Source of the DNA: a bacterium | GTDB lineage: Bacteria; Zhuqueibacterota; Zhuqueibacteria; Residuimicrobiales; Krinioviventaceae | Direction: 5' to 3' | Assembly (NCBI GenBank): GCA_963675755.2 | Contig: CAXXMD010000002.1 | Location: 224,001 to 288,000 of the forward strand | DNA length: 64,000 nucleotides | Part shown: positions 57,796 through 64,000 of the stretch, in pieces | Layout of the letters: each line of letters starts with the position of its first letter | Numbering within the stretch: position 1 is the first letter of the stretch | Notes under the pieces: model-generated | The model's input: only the letters and a program-made list of their open reading frames with translations | Told to the model about the DNA's origin: nothing | The model's database searches: none | Program-made: the position numbers and the translations under genes

Positions 57796-59073
57796 TTAAT
57801 AGGTTGCCAGGACGTCCAGCATAAACTTGATGACGGTTATGTTTTGAATAGCCATAATAATTATGAAAATTGAAGAGATTACAATTGAAGCTATCCTGAA
57901 TTTGGATTTTAATCTGAAAATACCTGCAAAAAGAATGATCTCTGACAATATCCAGTGTTGAGAATACAAAAATAATTCTTTGCCATAAACAGAATGAAAT
58001 ATCCAGTTGAAAATTAATACGAGTAATGCTGCCAGTAACAGAAATTGAGAATTGGGGTCCCGGAATAATACCAGCATACCAATCATCATCATTAATAATA
58101 AAATGACCCGGATAATTATCAAAGGATTGATATTATCTTGCATGGAGAATGTGATGTCATATTTAGCATCGGGATTGTATGCTAAAGCACCGCTGTTATA
58201 GTCGATATCCGGTTCAGGGGTTACAAACGCATTGGTCAATGTTTGGGTGAATTCCTGAAATTTGTTACTAGCTTCTGAAAAAGTATGGGCGATAAATAGT
58301 TCGTGTTTTGTGCCATCCAGAATAGATTTTTCTTTGGGAAGAATGAATGTGTTCACCAATAGCGCATATCCCATATTAAAAATCAGGATGAAAATAGCCA
58401 TATAGGTTGTAAATTTTAAAGCAGTTTTAAAACTATAACGAATTTGATAGACCACCAATCCCCATAATATCATTACGACAGCAATATTAGACAAGGTTAT
58501 TCCTGCAATCAAAGTACCTAAAATAACCCATAAAGGTGTATAAAGTTTTTCTTTTTGCAAGCTTGTTAATGCCAACAGAAACAATAAAGCCAACAAAAAT
58601 CCGGTTATAGCAAAATGTTCAGGCATACTGTTAAACATCAGCCTGCTAAAACTCAACATTTCAAGCAGACATAGTATTACCGTAGAGAGAATATCGAATC
58701 CCCATTTATAAAAAAAGATAAAGAGAATAAGCGTTTTTAATGCTCCTAAAACTGGTAAAAGAAAAATGATAATATCTCTTCTAATATCATTGGGGTGTGT
58801 TTTTATCAATCCACTATGATAGAGAACAGAAGCCAATGCTCTAATAGGTGGATGTACAAAATTTGACAAATTAGGATGAACCCATTCATGACCACCCGGA
58901 CCCAAACCGTATTGAAAATTTTTTAATCTAAAACTCGGATCGGCATCAAACATAACATTGTGTTGAGAAAAAACCTGTAAATGGTCTAATTTTTTTTCAA
59001 GATAATAATTGATGAAAAAACTGCAAACAACAAGTATCATAATGTTTGCAAAAATAAGCCATTTGTCTTTCAT
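57796..59073 (-). CDS. Polytopic membrane protein, possibly GT-C fold
   Basis: About 10 TM; acidic FDAD after TM1; PE.F and ELFLYS.HW motifs. Confidence 0.55.
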   Translation of the reverse strand: MKDKWLIFANIMILVVCSFFINYYLEKKLDHLQVFSQHNVMFDADPSFRLKNFQYGLGPGGHEWVHPNLSNFVHPPIRALASVLYHSGLIKTHPNDIRRDIIIFLLPVLGALKTLILFIFFYKWGFDILSTVILCLLEMLSFSRLMFNSMPEHFAITGFLLALLFLLALTSLQKEKLYTPLWVILGTLIAGITLSNIAVVMILWGLVVYQIRYSFKTALKFTTYMAIFILIFNMGYALLVNTFILPKEKSILDGTKHELFIAHTFSEASNKFQEFTQTLTNAFVTPEPDIDYNSGALAYNPDAKYDITFSMQDNINPLIIIRVILLLMMMIGMLVLFRDPNSQFLLLAALLVLIFNWIFHSVYGKELFLYSQHWILSEIILFAGIFRLKSKFRIASIVISSIFIIIMAIQNITVIKFMLDVLATY

Positions 59074-59302
59074 TTATTCAACCCGATAGTTTTAAGTTAG
59101 AATTATTATATTATATGAAAAAAAAATTAATATGCATAGTAAAATAATCTTGAAAATAACACCAGAAATGATTTTGTAACTGGTATTGTTGTAGTAACAT
59201 ATAAAAAAATGAATCCGGAATGTGTAAATTTTTCTGCTTTGCTTTTTTTATTCATAATAAATGATTACATTTATTGTTTGGTAAAAATGGAAAGGATTTT
59301 TT

Positions 59303-62149
59303 TTGTTACAACCAATTAAAACAGGACAGCGCTGGATTAGTGAAATGGAACCCGAATTGGGTTTAGGACTTGTGATAAAGCTGGAACATAGAAGAGCTTA
59401 TATTGAGTTTGAAGCAGGTGAATGCGTAAGGATTTATGCAATTGAAACTGCACCCATCAAACGTGTAGAATTTACCGTTGGAGACACTCTAAAAACCCGC
59501 GATGACGATGAATTTACTGTTGAAAAAGTTGACGATCAGGATGGATTACTGATTTATAGCGGTAATGGATTTGAGATTGTTGAATCTGATCTGAGTCCGC
59601 ATATCAGTTTTACCACACCTGAAAATCGCATGTCTGCCGGGCATGTTGATCCGAATGGATTGTTCAATCTACGCTGGGAAGCTCTGCAAACCCGTTATAA
59701 TATCCTCAAATCTCCGGTTAGGGGATTTGTTGGTGGTCGTATAGATTTAATTCCACATCAACTTTATATAGCGCATGAGATTTCTGAACGAAAAATTCCA
59801 CGTGCACTTTTGGCTGATGAAGTTGGTTTGGGTAAGACCATTGAAGCTTGTTTAATCATGCATCGTTTATTGGTTAGTGGGCGAATAAACCGCGTGTTGA
59901 TACTTGTACCCGAGGTTTTGATATATCAATGGTTTGTTGAATTGCTCCGTCGATTTAATTTAATGTTTAGAATTATCGATGAAGATTTTATGATGGATCT
60001 GGAAGAAGAACATCCGGATTCCAATCCCTTTGAAAATGAAGCTTTGGTTTTATGTAGCAGTGATTTCTTTGAATATGAACCGGACAGGTTTGAACAGGCA
60101 ATGCAAGCTGGCTGGGACCTGTTAATTGTGGATGAAGCCCATCATTTAAAAGAAGGTACGCACGAGTATGAACTGGTTCAGGGATTATCTTTGCAAACTC
60201 CTGGCTTGTTATTGCTGACAGCTACTCCTGAGCAACTGGGTCTACATGGACATTTTGAAAGATTAAGACTACTCGATCCTGCTCGATATTCGGATTATGA
60301 TGCATTTCTTAAAGAATCTGAAACATACCACAAAGTTGCAGAGTTGGGACATGTTATACTTGGAGATAAAAAAGTACCTGAAAAAACAATTAAAGAAATT
60401 GAAAAGATTTTTAGTGATGACAATTCTTTGATTCAAGTGATCCAGGATGCACTCGGTGGTGATGATAAATCAAAAAAACGGTTAATGGGACACATGCTGG
60501 ACCGTCATGGTATAGGCCGAGTCATGTTCCGTAATACGCGATCTGCTATGCCGGATTTTCCTAAAAGAGAGATTCATCCTGTTGAGTTAAAGGGAAAGAG
60601 TGATCCCGTTTTGCTTGCAAGGCTTGATAACGAGTTTTCCGGTGATACCGGAAGAATGAAGTTCAAGATTTCTTATGATTTTCAGGATGATCCACGTATT
60701 GATTGGCTTGCAGAGTTTTTGAAAAATAATCCCGATGAAAAAGTACTTTTGATATGCAGAACCCGAAGAAAAGCTCAAGCCATACATGATGCTTTGAAAA
60801 AGAAAATTGAAATCAAATCCACATTGTTTCATGAAAACATGTCTATTGTACAAAGAGACAGAAATGCGGCATGGTTTTCAGAACCTGATGGCGCGCGGTT
60901 GTTAATCAGTTCAGAGATTGGTAGTGAGGGACGGAATTTTCAGTTTTCTCATCATCTGGTTTTTGTTGATTTGCCGGTGAATCCGGAATTGTTGGAACAG
61001 CGCATTGGTCGTTTGGATCGTATTGGGCAAACTTCAACAATTCATATACATGTTTTATTTATACCTAATACGGCATATGGAATGTTGTTTGACTGGTATC
61101 GTAATGGTTTGAATGCCTTTGAAAAACATGTACCCGGAGCGAGACAAGTTTATGAAGAATTTAAAGAACCATTGTGGGAAATGTTAGGCCAGGCAAACAG
61201 CTCACCTGACCAGAAAAAATATAAACAGTTAATTAAAGATACCCATGATTTCAGTGAAAAGCTTGAGCAAAAGCTTGAGGAAGGTAGAGACCGTTTATTG
61301 GAACTCCATTCATTTCGACCTGAAGCTGCTGCGTCGCTTGTAGATTTAATTGAATCTGATGGGAAAAATACCAGTCTTGATCAATTGATGCATTTGATCT
61401 GGGAGTTTTATGGTATAAACTCGGATGATATAGATATCGATAAACGAACTTTTCGTTTGACTCCCGGTGATTTAAAGATTGATGCCTTTCCTGGATTTAA
61501 TCCCAAGGGAATGATTGTATCCTTTGATCGTGAAAAAGCAATAGAAAGGGAAGATATTGTATTCCTTAGCAATGATCATCCTATGGTACATGGAGCGCTT
61601 GATTTGGTATTAGGAAGTGAAATGGGAAACAGCACTATTGCTACTTTACAAAATAATCATGAAACCGGTATTTTACTTGAAACTATTTATGTTCTGGAAT
61701 GTCTTGCACCGCTCCGTTTACAGGTTGATCGTTTTCTTGCTCCCACACCTGTACGAGTTATGGTAGAACCGGGTGGTAAAGAAAAATCCGATGAGTTTAG
61801 TGAAAACAAAATGAAAAAGCGGTTAAAAACGCCCGTACAAGCGGGACAATTGCTTGATTCTATGCCCATTAAAACAGAATTATTACCGGACCTTTTAAAG
61901 CAAAGCAAGCATATTGCACAAGAAAAAGCTGCTCAAATAATAAAATCTGCCCTTGAGCAAACGGAACAATCTTTGGGTGATGAAATTAAAAGATTAAAGG
62001 CATTGAAACAGGTCAATGATCATGTAAGTGATGACGAAATAAACCTTGCTGAACAGGAAAAACAGGAAATTGTTGCAAGTATAAAAACCGCACGAATTCG
62101 TTTGGATGCTCTACGTTTGATTATTATTGGAGATTTTTCAAATGATTGA
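59303..62149 (+). CDS. rapA: RNA polymerase-associated SWI2/SNF2 ATPase RapA
   Basis: GQRWISE.EPELGLG; LADEVGLGKT; DEAHH; LTATPEQLG; SEIGSEGRNFQF; QRIGRLDRIGQ; RLDALRLI. Confidence 0.96.
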   Translation: MLQPIKTGQRWISEMEPELGLGLVIKLEHRRAYIEFEAGECVRIYAIETAPIKRVEFTVGDTLKTRDDDEFTVEKVDDQDGLLIYSGNGFEIVESDLSPHISFTTPENRMSAGHVDPNGLFNLRWEALQTRYNILKSPVRGFVGGRIDLIPHQLYIAHEISERKIPRALLADEVGLGKTIEACLIMHRLLVSGRINRVLILVPEVLIYQWFVELLRRFNLMFRIIDEDFMMDLEEEHPDSNPFENEALVLCSSDFFEYEPDRFEQAMQAGWDLLIVDEAHHLKEGTHEYELVQGLSLQTPGLLLLTATPEQLGLHGHFERLRLLDPARYSDYDAFLKESETYHKVAELGHVILGDKKVPEKTIKEIEKIFSDDNSLIQVIQDALGGDDKSKKRLMGHMLDRHGIGRVMFRNTRSAMPDFPKREIHPVELKGKSDPVLLARLDNEFSGDTGRMKFKISYDFQDDPRIDWLAEFLKNNPDEKVLLICRTRRKAQAIHDALKKKIEIKSTLFHENMSIVQRDRNAAWFSEPDGARLLISSEIGSEGRNFQFSHHLVFVDLPVNPELLEQRIGRLDRIGQTSTIHIHVLFIPNTAYGMLFDWYRNGLNAFEKHVPGARQVYEEFKEPLWEMLGQANSSPDQKKYKQLIKDTHDFSEKLEQKLEEGRDRLLELHSFRPEAAASLVDLIESDGKNTSLDQLMHLIWEFYGINSDDIDIDKRTFRLTPGDLKIDAFPGFNPKGMIVSFDREKAIEREDIVFLSNDHPMVHGALDLVLGSEMGNSTIATLQNNHETGILLETIYVLECLAPLRLQVDRFLAPTPVRVMVEPGGKEKSDEFSENKMKKRLKTPVQAGQLLDSMPIKTELLPDLLKQSKHIAQEKAAQIIKSALEQTEQSLGDEIKRLKALKQVNDHVSDDEINLAEQEKQEIVASIKTARIRLDALRLIIIGDFSND

Positions 62150-62785
62150 TGATTTAAAAACTGGTGAAGGTATACCCAAATGGCTGGACTGGGCAAGAAG
62201 AATTCAGTCAATAGCACAAACTGGCCTGGCTTTTAATCAATCAGAATATGATATTGAACGTTTTAATCAATTGCAAAATATTGCAGCTGAAATTATAGAA
62301 GAGCATACCGATCTTGAAAAAACAGGTCTGTTTGAAAACTTTAATCTGCAAAAAGGTTACGCTACACCTAAAATTGATGTAAGGGGAGCTGTAATCAAAG
62401 ATAACCAGATTTTACTCGTGCAGGAAAAGTCAGACGAACATTGGTGTATGCCCGGAGGATGGGCGGATGTAGGAGAAGGGCCCGCTCATTCTGTTGTACG
62501 AGAGATACGTGAAGAAAGCGGTTTTGAAACACAGGTCGTCAAAGTTGTAGGTGTATATGATGCCAATAAAGTGGCAGGCAATTAGAATTGTACCATGCAT
62601 TTAAAATTGTTTTTTTGTGCGAGATTCTTGGGGGAAAAGCAACACCCAGCAATGAAACGCTTGCTGTGGAATTTTATGATTTCGATTCAATTCCTGATCT
62701 CTCTCAGAACCGGACCAACACATATCATCTTGAACATGTTTTTAAACATGTTCACAATCCAAATGAATTGACATTTTTCGATTGA
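62142..62785 (+). pseudogene. NUDIX hydrolase (Nudix_N + NUDIX) split by a 1-bp deletion (or a sequencing error)
   Basis: W......Q.IAQ.GL, GYATPK.DVR, Nudix box GGWADVGE.......REIREESG; the reading frame continues in another frame from about 62570 as SGRQLELYHAFKIVFLCE...TFFD. Confidence 0.8.
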
Positions 62786-62786
62786 C

Positions 62787-63536
62787 ATGAAAAAAACTAT
62801 TATAACTTTGGGCACAGGGGCGGGGTATGCTTCACCCGAGAGAGGTGGTGCTGCTAATTTAGTATTAATAGATGATCAAGTGATTTTGTTGGATTGTGGG
62901 GAAGGAGCAGCTGGTTGGATAAATAAATTAAAAAAGACAAATGCTGTATCTGTAATTTTTATTTCTCATATGCATGCAGATCATATTGCCGGTTTGTTTG
63001 TATTGCTGCAAAATATGAAAATTCAAAAAAGAAACAAACCTCTTGAGATTTTTTTACCACAAACAGGAATAAATGACCTCGAAAGATTTTTACCTGCGGT
63101 TTATCTTGATGCTCCTAATAATGACTTGCTATTTACAATCAGATTTAAACCTGTTGATGTTGGAACTCTGTATGATAATAAATTGTTTAAAGTAAATGCA
63201 TGGATGTCCGATCATTTTGTTAAAGATGTGATCAAGAACAAAGAACAAAGACCTGCATTTGGATTTACAATTGTTACTTTTAACAATGAATACCTGATCT
63301 ATTCGGGTGATATTGCGAGTATTGAGTGTATAATACCAGAATTACAGGAAAATTCAATTCTTATTTGTGAAACGACGCATCCGGTGCTAAAAGACGTTAT
63401 TGAAATTGCAAAGCAAAAACATTTAAAATCTGTTGTTTTTACTCATATAGCTCCTGATTTTGATTTAGATGAAAAACTGATAAATATGAACGATTTTGTT
63501 TTTCTGGCAAATGATGGCCAGTTATATAATTGGTAA
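62787..63536 (+). CDS. MBL-fold metallohydrolase (RNase Z-like)
   Basis: LGTG, DCGEG, SHMHADH, YSGD, E.TH, FTH, A.DG. Confidence 0.88.
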   Translation: MKKTIITLGTGAGYASPERGGAANLVLIDDQVILLDCGEGAAGWINKLKKTNAVSVIFISHMHADHIAGLFVLLQNMKIQKRNKPLEIFLPQTGINDLERFLPAVYLDAPNNDLLFTIRFKPVDVGTLYDNKLFKVNAWMSDHFVKDVIKNKEQRPAFGFTIVTFNNEYLIYSGDIASIECIIPELQENSILICETTHPVLKDVIEIAKQKHLKSVVFTHIAPDFDLDEKLINMNDFVFLANDGQLYNW

Positions 63537-63562
63537 TATGAGTATTTTTTTTGGCAAAAAAA

Positions 63563-63591
63563 TTGCAATGTAATTTTATGTAAGGTATAAT
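63563..63591 (+). promoter_or_regulatory. Sigma70-type promoter
   Basis: TTGCAA-N17-TATAAT, 57 bp upstream of ATG 63649. Confidence 0.6.
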
Positions 63592-63648
63592 GTGTAGAAT
63601 TACACAAGGTGACTTGGTGGGGGGGTAAAAAATATAGGATAAATTGAC

Positions 63649-64000
63649 ATGATACTTGTGGTTGAAGACGACCAGATTACCCAAACCATTGTTGCGAAAA
63701 TATTGAGCAAAGCTCAATTTGAACTAGACATAACATCGGATGCATATCAGGCAATTACCAACATTCGTCAAAATCAATACCTGGTTGCTGTAGTTGATCT
63801 GGTTTTACCAGGTCCAATGAATGGTATTAATTTAATTAAACAGATTAAAAAATATTCTCCATCAACGCGAATTATCGCTTGTTCCGCATATGGTTCACAA
63901 CAGCAAAGCCGACTGGCAGCGCGTGCCGGTGCGGATTTGTTTCTGTTAAAACCTTTCAAGCCCAATGAACTTGTTGCCGCTGTTACTAAATTATCTGGTG
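63649..64000 (+). CDS. Response regulator receiver domain (runs off the window; not in the ORF track)
   Basis: Translates as MILVVEDD...VVDLVLPGPMNG...IIACSAY...GADLFLLKPF with no stop codon before 64000. Confidence 0.9.
   Translation, partial: MILVVEDDQITQTIVAKILSKAQFELDITSDAYQAITNIRQNQYLVAVVDLVLPGPMNGINLIKQIKKYSPSTRIIACSAYGSQQQSRLAARAGADLFLLKPFKPNELVAAVTKLSG

Noticed and set aside
62583-62590. TAG in the NUDIX gene as pyrrolysine or stop-codon readthrough
   Set aside because: The downstream half is in a different frame, so readthrough would not restore the protein; a 1-bp deletion does
59303-63536. SNF2 ATPase + NUDIX + MBL hydrolase as an anti-phage defence system
   Set aside because: The ATPase is a full-length canonical RapA and the neighbours are common housekeeping families; no methylase, nuclease or mobile context
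63619-63625. G7 run in the response-regulator leader as a phase-variation tract
   Set aside because: Too short, and it lies outside both the promoter spacer and the CDS

Overview
A 64-kb, AT-rich, densely coding bacterial chromosomal segment. Two secreted proteins end in a QNxPNPFNP / FlgD-Ig T9SS-type C-terminal domain, which points to an FCB-related lineage such as KSB1 or Calditrichota (inference). I recognised no rRNA, tRNA, CRISPR array, IS element or prophage gene. Sugar-catabolism genes are scattered throughout: araD-araA, galK plus a Tat-lipoprotein sulfatase, xylA, a GH55-like beta-helix lipoprotein, eda-pyk, a GH36 alpha-galactosidase and three MFS transporters. There is a 2696-aa SGNH/Ig-repeat surface protein and there are three envelope modules. 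(1) A PDZ + adaptor + ABC-2 exporter operon lies divergent from a two-component system, with four tandem 10-bp repeats between them. (2) An ECF sigma / ZAS-HEAT anti-sigma / 2x DUF4097 operon has a probable second ECF promoter 8 kb away. (3) A wHTH-headed operon encodes a LolA-like protein, a beta-barrel, a reductase and an MMPL transporter. The best candidate for an undescribed system is module 1: its accessory protein carries a HlyD/MFP-type hairpin with an RLS-like tip on an Ig/NEW3 stalk anchored at the C-terminus. The window ends with rapA, a frameshifted NUDIX gene, an MBL hydrolase and a truncated response regulator. All calls come from motif recognition by eye; no database search was run.
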